Below are positions 23,742 to 35,966 of a DNA stretch of 64,000 nucleotides, one piece after another. The DNA lies in the NCBI GenBank assembly GCA_034226945.1, contig CP120460.1, forward strand, positions 372,001 through 436,000, written 5' to 3'. Source of the DNA: Picochlorum sp. SENEW3 (Eukaryota). The position numbers were made by a program, and so were the translations under genes. Position 1 is the first letter of the stretch; each line of letters opens with the position of its first letter. The notes beneath the pieces were generated by a model. That model worked only from the letters and a program-made list of their open reading frames with translations, had not been told where the DNA came from and searched no databases.

Positions 23742-25643
23742 ATGGATGGAGAGACGGAAAAGAAGCGGAGATTGGCAGTTCTCGCGAGTCATCTGACGCG
23801 GAACAATGTCCTTGCCAGTGGACATGTCGCAACGCAACCCCATGGGCAGGGAATGGTTGCTTATGATTCACTGAATCAATGGTTGGTGAGGGATAACCGA
23901 GAGTTACGAGAGGCTATTTTCGACTTTTTGAACGATCCCTTGTACATGCCAAATTATCAGCAGAGTTTGGAAGGGTTTCGGGAGCTGACGATGCAGCGTG
24001 TGGTCAAATTTGTTCGACAAGGTTTTTTTTCAGTTACGGATTATGCCAAAGACCCGTTAAAGTTTCAGGCGGCGTTGGAGTCGCTGTCGTTCTGTGACTA
24101 TTCCATGGCGATTAAGAGTGGGGTTCATTTCACATTGTGTGGAGGGACGATTGTGAAACTGGGAACAGAGAAGCATCATAAAGAGTTTCTGCCAAAGATG
24201 GATACATTGGAGTTGCCTGGGTGTTTTGGAATGACGGAGCTTGGGCATGGAAGTAATGTGATGGGTATTGAAACCACGGCCGAATATGACAGAGCGAGTG
24301 GAATGTTTGTGATTCATACGCCTCATAATGAAGCTTCCAAGTTTTGGATTGGAGGTGCTGGGTCGACGGCAAAGATTTGTGCCGTGTTTGCTCAATTGAC
24401 AATTGACAAGACATGGCAGGGGCCTCATGTGTTTATTGTTCGGTTGAGGGATGACCAGGGTACTATTGTCCCTGGAGTGAGGATAAAAGATAATGGAGCG
24501 AAACAGGGATTGAATGGGGTGGATAATGGGCAAATATGGTTTGATCATGTGCGGGTGCCGAGGGATGCGCTGCTGGATAGGTATGCATCTGTTGATGCCC
24601 AGGGTAGGTATTCGTCTCCTATATCAGATCCGAACCAACGGTTTGGGACAATGGTGTCGGGGCTTACGACTGGGAGAATGTTGATTGCTCAGGCTGCGGT
24701 GGATGCGTGCAAGAGTGGTGTGACAATTGCATTGAGATATTCGTGTGCACGTCCTCAGTTTGCAAATACCCCAATTATACAATATGTGACGCAGCAGCGA
24801 CGGTTGATTCCAGCATTAGCAACGACGTATGCTATGCATCTTTCTCTGTTGAAATGCAAGTATATTGGCCTGTCTGGGGATTCGGCAAAGAATGCCAAGG
24901 TGGTGCATGTGTTGTCCTCTGGGTTGAAAGCAGCTGCGACATGGCATCGTGTGCAGATTCTCCAAGAATGCAGAGAATGCTGCGGAGGCATGGGATTTCT
25001 TGCTGCAAACAAGATTGGTCCAATGTTGAATGATATGAATGTTGATGTGACGTTTGAGGGAGATAATACAGTCATGATGCAACAGGTGGCAAAGTCACTG
25101 ATTGATGTAGGAATGAAAAAGAAGGCAGAGCCTCCTGTTCTTCCATCATCTGTTCGGCATGAAAATTTAGGACTGGAGTGTCTTAAAGCATTGCTTTCCT
25201 GGAGGTGCGATATGCTCACACATGGTCTTGTTCACGAGTTGGCATCATCAATGAGGAATGGATATGAATGCAATTTGGATAGGGTGGTTGCTCTGGGTTG
25301 GGCGTCGGTCGACTCGTCAACATATACCATGTTTATGGAAGAGTTGAATTCAGTGCCTGTGGCGTGGAAGGATGCATTGACCAAATTATGCATACTATAT
25401 GGACTGAGCCGTGTTGAAGCTGGTCTGACAACCTATTTGGAACATGGAGTACTCCCAGGAAGGTCTGTCGCTGCCATCAGGAATCAAATTAATGATTTAT
25501 GTCTGTATTTTGCATCAACATCAACGTCATCGTCTTCGAATGGGCCTCTTGCTCTGGATCTCTGTGATGCTTTTGGCATTCCAGATCATTTATTGCAGGC
25601 TCCAATTGCGGTAGACAGTTGGCACAGAATCGGTGCTACATAA
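23742..25643 (+). CDS. ACX: Peroxisomal acyl-CoA oxidase
   Basis: PTS2 RLAVLASHL; GCFGMTELGHGSNV, KFWIGG, GLNGVDNG, CRECCGGMG, TFEGDNTV. Confidence 0.95.
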   Translation: MDGETEKKRRLAVLASHLTRNNVLASGHVATQPHGQGMVAYDSLNQWLVRDNRELREAIFDFLNDPLYMPNYQQSLEGFRELTMQRVVKFVRQGFFSVTDYAKDPLKFQAALESLSFCDYSMAIKSGVHFTLCGGTIVKLGTEKHHKEFLPKMDTLELPGCFGMTELGHGSNVMGIETTAEYDRASGMFVIHTPHNEASKFWIGGAGSTAKICAVFAQLTIDKTWQGPHVFIVRLRDDQGTIVPGVRIKDNGAKQGLNGVDNGQIWFDHVRVPRDALLDRYASVDAQGRYSSPISDPNQRFGTMVSGLTTGRMLIAQAAVDACKSGVTIALRYSCARPQFANTPIIQYVTQQRRLIPALATTYAMHLSLLKCKYIGLSGDSAKNAKVVHVLSSGLKAAATWHRVQILQECRECCGGMGFLAANKIGPMLNDMNVDVTFEGDNTVMMQQVAKSLIDVGMKKKAEPPVLPSSVRHENLGLECLKALLSWRCDMLTHGLVHELASSMRNGYECNLDRVVALGWASVDSSTYTMFMEELNSVPVAWKDALTKLCILYGLSRVEAGLTTYLEHGVLPGRSVAAIRNQINDLCLYFASTSTSSSSNGPLALDLCDAFGIPDHLLQAPIAVDSWHRIGAT

Positions 25644-25910
25644 TCTTGTAGATCTATCTGTAATTCATTAAAAGCGTCTATTTGTGGTGATGGCATACAA
25701 GTAGTATACTTTTTTGGGGGGGTACCTACTAGGTATGCTGCATGCATGAAGCTGGTATTATTCATGCATGGAATGGCATTCATCATCATCTCATACTATA
25801 TCCATCCATGTAGCATGCAAAAGTCTGTCCTCACATGTTGTATAAACACATAATAATAAAGTAAATAAATAAATAAATAAAACAATTTGTTGAAAAGAAT
25901 AGTACATAGG

Positions 25911-26744
25911 ATGGACTGTGTTCCAAATCCAAAGAGACGAAGGATTGATACAGAAGGCCACCATGGGTGGATGCCCATTCACTATGCTTGCCATCGTGGA
26001 GATGTTACGCTTCTCCGCCATATTCTTCTCAGCAGCGATCAAAAGAATGGAACATTATTCTCTATAACAACGAGGTCACAGTCAACTCCGTTGCATATCG
26101 CAGCCATATCTGGGCATGTGGAATGCGTGGATGTGATCCTTGCCTTTCTGGCAGAGCACATTCCCGATGCGGTGGCCCGACGGCGAGTTCTGACACAGCA
26201 TAGCTCACCAATATCCTCTCATATGCAGTGGACTGTACCTAAAGAAGAGGATTTCATTGAGTCGTTCGGCCCGAATGACATGCTCATGTCGTCAAAAAGG
26301 ACGGGGTTCCAGCCTCTAGACTTTGCTGTCTTGTCCAATGCTCCAGAGATTGTCTCCAGACTGCTTACTGCCATCCACGAGACATGTCCACCTCAGGAAA
26401 AGCACTCTCCTCATGCGATCAAAGGAATGATTTCGAGCGACCTATTACCGGCAGCCATTGTGAGAGGGAATGCCACGATTCTCGAGGCTTTGATAGACCA
26501 TGGGGCCTCCATCGAAGCTGTGTGCGTGGAAGAAGAAGACGCGGGGATGAGACCGATTCATTGGGCTGTGGCCTGTGGGGATGCTATTATCCTGTCTCTC
26601 CTCCTCCAAAGAGGTGCTGATCCATCGGCAAAGACCCAGCATACCAACGAATCCATCCAGGATGTCGCAGAGCGATGCTGTTGCCATGCTACCGAGGATC
26701 TCGTCAGGCTCGTGCTTGAGACGCAGCACGCCCCAGAACTCTGA
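25911..26744 (+). CDS. Ankyrin-repeat protein
   Basis: Repeats GWMPIHYAC, TPLHIAA, QPLDFAV, GMRPIHWAV...GADPSAK. Confidence 0.85.
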   Translation: MDCVPNPKRRRIDTEGHHGWMPIHYACHRGDVTLLRHILLSSDQKNGTLFSITTRSQSTPLHIAAISGHVECVDVILAFLAEHIPDAVARRRVLTQHSSPISSHMQWTVPKEEDFIESFGPNDMLMSSKRTGFQPLDFAVLSNAPEIVSRLLTAIHETCPPQEKHSPHAIKGMISSDLLPAAIVRGNATILEALIDHGASIEAVCVEEEDAGMRPIHWAVACGDAIILSLLLQRGADPSAKTQHTNESIQDVAERCCCHATEDLVRLVLETQHAPEL

Positions 26745-26836
26745 TAATTCAATTCCTATTACTATTATTAGTACTGTAATACTACTACTGCAGTAATTAT
26801 ATTATCTAATAGAATATATGTATAATATGTATCGAC

Positions 26837-27412
26837 ATGGATGGGTATGATAATCCGTCGGTAGCTCGAGAGCAGGAGGCAAAAGTTGGCGTGGGAGTCT
26901 TGGTCTGCAAAACACTTGATTCAGAGGCCATCCACGTCCTTGTAAGCAAAAGGTCCGAGTGATGCATCCCATGTTATTGTATAGTACTCGTAAGAAACCA
27001 TTCCAATCCAAGAACATACACACACACATGCTTTGCTGGAACATGCAGAAAGGGAAAGGTGGGCAGGAATGCGTGGGCCCTGCCTGGAGGCAAGCTAGAA
27101 TTTGGTGAATCCTTTGAGCGCACTGCTGCCAGAGAGCTTGAGGAGGAAACTGGCATCACCGTCCCTGAATCAGACTTTAGATTCGAATACGCAGTCAACA
27201 CCGTCTTTGATGCGTCCACCCACTATGTCACAGTGTTCATGTCCTGCACTGTTTGTCCAGAGACAAGGGCAGAGACTCGAGAACCAGACAAGCATTCTGA
27301 TTGGGAGTTTGTGGATTGGAATATGCTTCGACAGCAGACCAATGAGTCCTATCTACCGCTCTTTGAACCCCTGAAAACGCTCTGTGACAATCAATCCTTC
27401 ACACTTGAATAG
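26837..27412 (+). CDS. Nudix hydrolase, NUDT15/NUDX1-like; exons 26837-26952 and 27049-27412
   Basis: KVGVGVLV; Nudix box GGKLEFGESFERTAARELEEETG; HYVTVFM; EPDK. Confidence 0.88.
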
Positions 27413-27679
27413 AACGGATGAGTGTAGTAATCGCAGACGCATCATCACTGATGATTCATCAGACATTAGAGCATGCTCTTTGCGCAAAGGCGGTTGGTTG
27501 GATTTCAAATTTTCACATCCACGGATAGGGTCTTGCATGACTGATGCGTACTTCCAATGTATTAAATATTCAAATTATATGTATTTAATAGAGTAGAGTA
27601 GCACTATAGGCGCATAGAGTCTCTCTCTGGTTGGGAATTGTCAGGGATTGTCAGAATCCGATTTGTTCAGAGACGAGCC

Positions 27680-29908
27680 ATGTCAATCTCCAAAGTATGG
27701 CTGCAAAAACAGTTTCAGTCAAGTGGTATTCAGACCGAATCCGCTGCTCTAAAGCTGTTGGCTGAAAGGATGCAGGAAATGCCCAGCGAGTCGGAAGATT
27801 TGCTTGGGTCGTTGTTGGACGATATTGAGACTCGTGCGTTGGTGAATCGCTTGGATTGCCTGTAACTCAAATATATAGAACCTAATAATCATGATACTGA
27901 TGGGATACTATGTAGGGACTGATGATCGCAAGTTGACGCTGAGTTTTTTGAAAGAGTTTTTGGACAAGTCTCGTGGGACATCGTCTGGAAGCGTCGAACT
28001 TATCGACGCATTTCACATTCCATTGGTTCAGTATGACCCGATTAGGCACATGTTCCATCTCAATACCAAGGGTAGGCGGATTGTGGGGGATATCAAGGTA
28101 TGTATATGTGGGGGGGTGCTTGTCCAGGAGATGGATTATTGCAAGTCTGTAATGCTGATGATGGATGTTATTCTTACCATGCAGAATAAATTTCAATTGT
28201 ATGAGGATCGGTTTCTCATGATTCAGCAACGGTTGAAGCGAAATGCCATGTTTAGGCCGACCAAATGGGGTCGGTTGAGCAAGCAAGGGGATGTTGCAGC
28301 GCTGACAGAGCTCAAGTCTCTGCTTGGTCACGAACGAGAGCGTAAATTTGTCGTTGGATTCTTGACGAAACATGATGAAGGGCAGTATTATATTGAGGAT
28401 TTGTCAGCGCGGTTGCCGATAGATTTGACTGTCTGCGATACAGCAGATGGGCTGTTTACAGAGAATTGTGTTGTTGTTGCAGAGGGTGAACTCATGCCTG
28501 GAGGAGACTTTCGAGCAATTGCGCTTGGATTGCCTCCAGCAGAATCTAGAGAAGAGAGTATAGAAGCACTGCAGGGACATGATCTCTTTGGCGCGACCCG
28601 TCCAGGGTCGCACGAACCAGAGAAGAAGAGTGAAGAGGAAGATGATGGCGATCGCATTGTGTTCTTGTCCGATGTGCACCTCGATGATCCCAAGGTATTG
28701 GAGAATCTCGATACAATATTCGAAGGGTATTCACTTCCAGAGGCGACGATGCCAACGGCGTTTGTCCTCATGGGTAATTTTCAAAAGACAAATGCCAATG
28801 GCCCTCGATCGACACTCTCCAAGATTAAAGACAATTTTACAATGCTCGGGCGATTGATAGCGAAGCATCCAGCTATACTGTCAAATTCTGATATTATTCT
28901 CGTCCCAGGACCGCAGGATATTGGTATTGGGAATATGCTGCCCCAACGAGGCATTCCCACGTCAGTCGCACAAGGTTTGTTGCAGCATGTCCCCAAAGCC
29001 ACGCTTGCAAGCAACCCATTACGGATGCGATACAGGGGATCCGATCTCATATTCTTCAGATCAAACTTGCAGCAATTGTTACGAGGGCTTTCTATTTTAC
29101 CGCCACCGATGCCATCGTTCAGCGAGGATGGAGAGGACTATATGAGGCATGCTGCCTTCTTCTTTGATCAAACATGCAGTACTGTGATACAAGAGTCTCA
29201 TCTCTGCCCTGTACCCTTAGACTATCAGCCTATCATATGGGAATGGGATCATTCCTTGTACATTTATCCAAACCCTCACGGATTGATTTTAGCAGACTCG
29301 GAGCCAGCAGCTGAATGCGTGTTTGACACATGCCATTGTTTGAATCCGGTACGATGCGTTTGATTTGTTACATGCAATCACGACTCGACTATAGTATTAT
29401 GCATATGTTTACGGTATTATAGGGCCCATTAGCAAGTGGTAGTTTCGGTGCATGGAACCCATCAGAGGGAGTGATGGAACTCTGCCATGTGAATGAACCA
29501 GAGGAAGACGATGAGGAGGATGAAGAAGCTGTACTGGAAGACACAATCCCTGAGGCGAAGGATACTCGTCCTGTTAAAAAACATGCTCACATAGATGGGT
29601 ATTTTAAAGCGCAAGAAAATTCAGATGTGAATGAAAATGTCAACGAGTCACAAGGTACTTCTGACATGGAGGAAGATTTCGTGGTGCGAGAAGATTCCCA
29701 CCACAAAGATGATATGATGGCTGCCAAAGGAAATACTGCGAGTCATCAGACAGACGAGATTGATGTTGACACGAGTCAAGTAGAAAATGACAACCCCATC
29801 TTGCATGACATGGGCGAAAGGCCACCCGTCAAGACAAATGAATCTGGAGTCCCACCAGATTCAGACGGCACTCACCAGGCTGCTGATGACGTGATGGATG
29901 AAATGTAA
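27680..29908 (+). CDS. POLE2: DNA polymerase epsilon subunit B, multi-exon (introns ~27834-27915, 28098-28184, 29350-29422), acidic C-terminal tail
   Basis: GLFTENCVVVAEG, LSDVHLD, VLMGNF, VPGPQD, ASNP.R, QESHLCP, W.WDHSL..YPNP, NPG across the last intron. Confidence 0.92.
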
Positions 29909-30234
29909 GACAATAGAACGATGTTGGTGTATTCAAACATTCAAAGCCGCCATGACCATGGCATTAGACCACATGTTGGCATGGTAGCATGCTGATGGAT
30001 GCGCCATCATGAGGGCGTGGAAAAATTCAAATTTCCGAAATCTGTCATGTTGACGCATATGACCGCGCGGGCGCCTTAATATACATTAAAATTAATTAAA
30101 TATCACATCAGTGGCTATCTAAAGCTAGTAAAGTGATTGTCCGCATCCTCCCGCCAAGAGGATTGCCAACTCGGCGGTTTTGGACAGTAGCAACGAGTAG
30201 CCACATCCTTTCAATTTCTCAATTCCATAGAAAA

Positions 30235-31149
30235 ATGAAAAAAGATGGAGAGCGTTCCAAGCCAATTAGACAGAAGAAAGCGGTGCCTCCTGGGTATTTA
30301 CATGATCTGCTCCATTCGCGCCATCTCATGAGGACGGTGGGTCTGCGTGGATCACAAACCTCGGGGTTCCATACAATGCCCAAAGGCAATGGTGTTCATA
30401 AGAAAATGATGGAAATTAGGAAGCGAGGGCATGCGTTGTTGAATAAGCCGTCCTTGCTGGGAACGCCCACGTTGCCAGAACTGTTCCAGCAGAGAGAAAT
30501 GTTTCTGCAGAAGAAGAAGCGGGATGAGGACGTTGAAACCCCGTATAGATGTCGTCCAAATGATCCAACTGGGTTGTTGTCGCTTCCAGAGGACGTTTTG
30601 GTATGTGTTGTCTCTCTGTGTTCTCTCTCAAGGGCACTTGCCAACATTTTATGCTTTTATTATTGCAGTTGAAAGTTGTATGTCATCTGAACCACGAAGA
30701 GATCAAGCCATTGTTTCGAGTGTGTAAAGATTTGCGAAATACGGTACGTGATTCGTAAATACATCACACGTGTGTGTGGTGTAGAGTGTTGCCAGATGCG
30801 AATCTGAAAATCTAAAAAAGAGAGAGAAAACCCCTCTATTACTACTATGAATACTAATCCTCACATTATTATGCAGTTGCGAGAAGCTGTAAAGTTTCAC
30901 TTCAATTATGCGACACCAACAGTGGCTGCGGCTGAAGACTGTCTGCCTGAAGCTAAAAAGCCAAAGAGGCGAAAGGCAGTCACGGCATATGCTGGTGTCA
31001 TGGCTCATCTCAAGAGAGGCCAGAGAAATGTCATAGAGAGAGATGCGCCGAATTCAGCGAATAGCACGGGACCTCGTGCACTGAGTTTTACTCCACAGAC
31101 CACCCCAGTATCTCGGAATCCCACGGCAGAATTGAAGTTTAAAGACTGA
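30235..31149 (+). CDS. F-box protein, SKIP27-like; exons 30235-30600, 30669-30742, 30878-31149
   Basis: Spliced LLSLPEDVL/LKVVCHLNHEEIKPLFRVCKDLRNT/LREAVKFHFNYATP. Confidence 0.75.
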
Positions 31150-31327
31150 TGCACTCGTACAAAACATTGATATCCTTTTTCTTTTGTTCTTGCTTTGTTT
31201 TCAAGTTACACGATTGAATGATTAATTGATTGTATTGATGATACACTGTATCAACTATGACTACTACAGATACCATGTAGTGTAAAATATAGATATATAT
31301 ATACAATGGCAGTGCCTCGAAGCGACT

Positions 31328-32498
31328 CTACTGGAATAGCCAGTCTGGGAGAGTCTCTGGTGCTCGAAGCAAACTAACCGATCCATACTTTGATGATGCA
31401 TACTTCTCTCGTGATGCTGGTAAAGCAGACGTCTTTGCGCTCACAAACAAATTGTGGATCATTTGAACGCACTGCTTCAACTCTTTTGGCATGTATGATG
31501 TATAATGGGACAAGGTGCCTGACCAACGTGGCTTTCCAAGTAAAAATAGTCCCAGCAAAATGCACGATGCTGCTATGTGCGACGGCAAAAACTTTAACAA
31601 ATTGTAATCCATCAAACTCAGCTCTGCCAAGTACGAGACCAGAAATTCAAACACAACGTCGAGAGAAATCTCTGCACTCGCTGCTTTGATGTATCGTCTC
31701 AAAAATGTCTTGGTTGTTGGCTGAGTCAAATCAAACTCCAACAATTTCAGCAATTCCTTCTCCATCGAAAGAACTTCATCTCTCGTATAGGTACTATCTG
31801 TGATAAAGCAAAATTCATCCACTTGAGGCGCATAAATCTCCTCGTATTTGGATGAAACCAACATGGCGGTGATCCCCACCAGTTGCAACCTGTTGCGCCT
31901 GATATCGCTGAGAGACAAGAAGCGATCTATCAAGGCCACTGACATGAACAATGTATCAGATGAAAGCCTATATTCCAAACCCACTTCCACCAACCAATCA
32001 ACCAGGATGGAACGCATGGCAGGATTTATATCAGTCTGTACCGACTCCATGTACGTTGTCCCTGGTCGCCTCCGACGCTCGCTCAACCTCAGATTCTCAT
32101 AAATTTCCTCAGCATATTCAGCACAGCACCCCAAGTCATTCAAATCACAATCTATATTGACCCATGGGTGCTGATTTCCTGCCCCAGGACCAGGACGACG
32201 TGGCCCCCGATGGCGAGGGGCGAGATCTGTTTTTGAAACCCGAGTATCAACGCCCTTGCCAGTTCCTTTAGACTCTGGAGGATTTGCCAAGACAATCTGC
32301 AATCAAACAGATGGGTCAGATCCTTGCGAGAATAGAGAAATGCGTCTTCCCGCTCACAGTGTCAGCAGGCGCGACAACAATTCAAAATCGAGCCGACAAT
32401 AGAAACACTAGACGATTATAGGTATCACGTACGTTTTTTATGGTTGTGTTATCCAACCTTTGGTTTGTAATATCGTCAAAAGCCGCTCGCTTGCTCAT
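31328..32498 (-). CDS. CYCA: A-type cyclin; exons 32498-32433 and 32296-31328
   Basis: D-box RAAFDDITN in exon 1; MRSILVDWLVEV, KYEEIYAP, FCFITD. Confidence 0.93.
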
Positions 32499-32858
32499 CT
32501 TGATGTTCAGTCCTGGTTGACAATCGACTCTCTCGCTCTCAAACGCAAATAGGCACGAACTCGTTACAACTATATATCAATTACAGTGGTACAATCATGC
32601 TATGACGAAGATTGACCGGCGAATCCCAAATATTCAATGGAATATGCACGCGGCGATGCGTTCCGTGGAATTTGATCAGGCATGACGAGGACTTTTTTTT
32701 TTAAATGGACACCTCTAGTGACGATTCAAGCCCTTGTGTGCCATCAGGATATATTTTTTTGTATAGAGTAGCAACATGATGGATTCCTAGTCTATCTGCG
32801 TAGAGAATGTTGCTTACATTGGTCAATCATGGAACAAAAAACATGGACTGTTGTTGTC

Positions 32859-35565
32859 CTACTCTGTGGAATAGTTGGGGTTGAGAGCAAGTAGACGCTC
32901 AAGCTGTGATCTTTTGGCAAAGTCTGCGGGCTCCTCTCCTTCTCTTCTTTCTGGAGAGTCTACGACGAGCAATACTTGTTCGCGCTTGATGAGATGTGCG
33001 ACAATTTTCTCGGCGAGGACAATCTCCTTGACACCGTCTTCTCGTGTGGTGATGGCGCCCTGCGTCACGAGGTAGTCAAAGTACCATTTCAGCAAGTCGC
33101 GTTGGCTCATACATACCAACTCTCCATCCGGTCCGACTTGGACTGTTTGGATATCTCGTCCTGCAGAGGCGGAGTTTTCGAGCTCTTTGAATCGCACAAC
33201 AATCAGGTTCTTCACATTGTTCAATTTTGCCTGGGAGACTTTTGTGACGGTTGGCCCTTGCTTGGGAGGCGCTTCGGGTTGCTCTCCTTCAGGTTCTTCA
33301 ACGTCTTGTTGCTGCTCTTGTGGGGCTGGTACACTCGTCAATGGAGGCAAATCGCTCTCCATGACAATGTCATCAGCACCATCCAGTTCATCAAAGAGGT
33401 CAGCATCCTCAAGTTCAGCGTCTGGAGACTCTACTTGGACGATGGAATTCTTCAGTAATCTATATGCTTCTTTGACATCTGAGCGGGACACCTCATCTCG
33501 CAAGTGCAGACGAGCTAGTGCTTCTGACAATCGAACCAATGCTTCCAGTTGTCTGACTGTGATTCTGTATGCTGATGAGGAGCCTGGGGCAGCATCATCA
33601 CACCTCAGTTTTTTATAACATGTCACCAAATTTCTATGAGCAGCTGGAGATATCCTTGGTTTGATAGAGCGAGCAAGCTTGAGATAACATTGCATCCTCT
33701 CGGTTGAATACGGAGCAGACATGGCTGCACCTGTTCCGAGGTGGACTGACAAAATGTGGTTGGCAATCTGTGCATCGATGATGGGATCTGGCTCATCAAT
33801 CATCACATGAAGCAAATCAAAACGAGATAAAATGGCTGGAGGAAGTGCCACATTATACTTCAAAGGTTTTGATTTGTCGTACCGACCAGATGCTGGGTTT
33901 GCAGCAGCAAGAATGGATGTTCGTGCATTCAAAGTAGCCTGGATGCCAGCCTTGGCAATAGAGATGGTTTGCTGCTCCATCGCTTCGTGAATAGCAACCT
34001 GATCCTTGACATCCATCTTGTCGAATTCATCAATGCAGCACACGCCATTATCAGCAAGCATCAAAGCTCCAGCTTCAATACAGTATTCTCCAGAGTCGGC
34101 ATCACTCACAACACTTGCTGTCAAACCAGCAGCAGATGATGATTTGCCAGATGTGTATATTGCTCGAGGCATGAAGCCAGCCACATACTTTAAAATCTGA
34201 GACTTGGCGCAGGATGGATCGCCGACAATTGCCACATTAATATCTCCTCTGAGCTTGATGCCTTCCTTTGTTTGCTTTTGTACACCACCCAAAAGCATCA
34301 GGAGCACAGCACGCTTCACGTCATTGTGACCAAAGACATTTGGAGCAAGGGAGGCCGCAAGACGATCATATAATGCTCTGTCTCTTCTCATTTCTTCCAG
34401 CTCTTCCCTCTGTTCTGCTGTAAATTGTGCCAAGACATCCTCTGGAGTCTGATCATCCTCTGTGCGAATGTTGATCATGCCATCCTGGGTGTCAAGGCTC
34501 TGTGTCCCACACGAAACGAATGCCAGCTTGTATGTCAATTCTCTCACACCAGTTCGAGCTGGACCATTGACAAGACCAGTAACACCCTCACCTCCAGACC
34601 CACGATCTACAGACAACTTGGTCTGGAGCCTCTCTCCTGGTGCTGTCAAGGCTGCTACATCTGGTACCACAACAAGAGATCCGGAAAAGACGGCCTTGTC
34701 ACCTGGACGGACACTTTCGACTTGAGAATTCCTCAAAATAACGTCGATCGTTCTTGGAAGACTTCCAGCAGGCACCTCATCTGGGTTTTCTTGCACCTTG
34801 ACCTTTTGCCAATCAACAAATGTAGACTCCTCAACAACCGGAGTCCATTTGTTTGTATTTCCACACTGCTCATTAGGACATATCGTTGGTGTCGTATGCT
34901 TGAATTGCTGCTGAACACCACGAACAACATGCATGCATTCAATACACCTGAATGCACCAATAAACAACTCTGGACGAACCTCTGTTGTCCTTGTCACAGT
35001 CCCCACAAACTGAGACAAGCTACCAATTTTATCAGACCTCAGTGACCTCAATTTCTCATTATGCCCCAAGTTGTAGAATGAAATCCAAAACTCCTTCTCC
35101 GACCCATCCTCTTTGTCCGCAAACCCTCCCAAATGCTCCCTCACAAATTCCTTGACTGCGGATCTCAGGTATGGCTCCATTCTGTAATACGCATCAGAAA
35201 TATCTGCCGCTAAATTCTACACATGATGAAGAAAAGATATACATAAGAAACAGACACATCGAGATCCACGTAAGAATATCACATACCGCGTTGAATTCAA
35301 CCAGATGCCCATAGTTCACATACAGGGTCTCAATCTCCCTCTCCTTCATCGTCGTCAACTGATCCACATATATCAGACCACCAATCTGAGACCCAGCCGG
35401 TGTTCCACTCGCCTGACTACTCACTGGATCAGCATTCTCCACCTGACCCTGAAATTCGTTCAAAAACCTGAGAAACAGCGCCTGGCGCTGCTCGCACGCT
35501 TCAGGCGTTGCACTGATATTGCTAAACGCAGCATCATGCTGCGCAGCCTGACTTCCAAATTCCAT
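32859..35565 (-). CDS. MCM6: DNA replication licensing factor MCM6; exons 35565-35287 and 35216-32859
   Basis: GTVTRTTEVRPEL, GDPSCAKSQ, IDEFDKM, SRFD, YRITVRQLE. Confidence 0.96.
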
Positions 35566-35966
35566 TTTGATAAATGGATATCTGACGCAACAAGTGGTGT
35601 CAAAAACCTAGTGCGTATCCGTGAACAAGGAAAAAAGTTCAAATTTTCAATCGACTTCTTCTTCGTGTTCTTTCTCTTCTTTACTAGCAAGAGACTGCGT
35701 GCGCACTCTCTTCCAATAACTGTAAAATTCTATTGAATTGAAGTCTTTGAGGGAAGACGGCGCGGACAAAATAGGATCATGCCCGATGGCGAAGTCACAA
35801 ATTCAAATGTAGATGTCGCGCCTTTTTTAATGATTTATATACAGAACTTTTTGACTCTCAAGGCTGGAACCAACCAAGCAATACAGGGGTTCTCAATTGC
35901 ATTGCTGTATCATTTCTTTCATAAATTACATTTAATGGAATACTATTGAGTGTCTAGAAGGGAGAG

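Noticed and set aside
25840..25885. (AAAT)n / (TAA)n tract
   Set aside because: Ordinary short microsatellite in an AT-rich spacer
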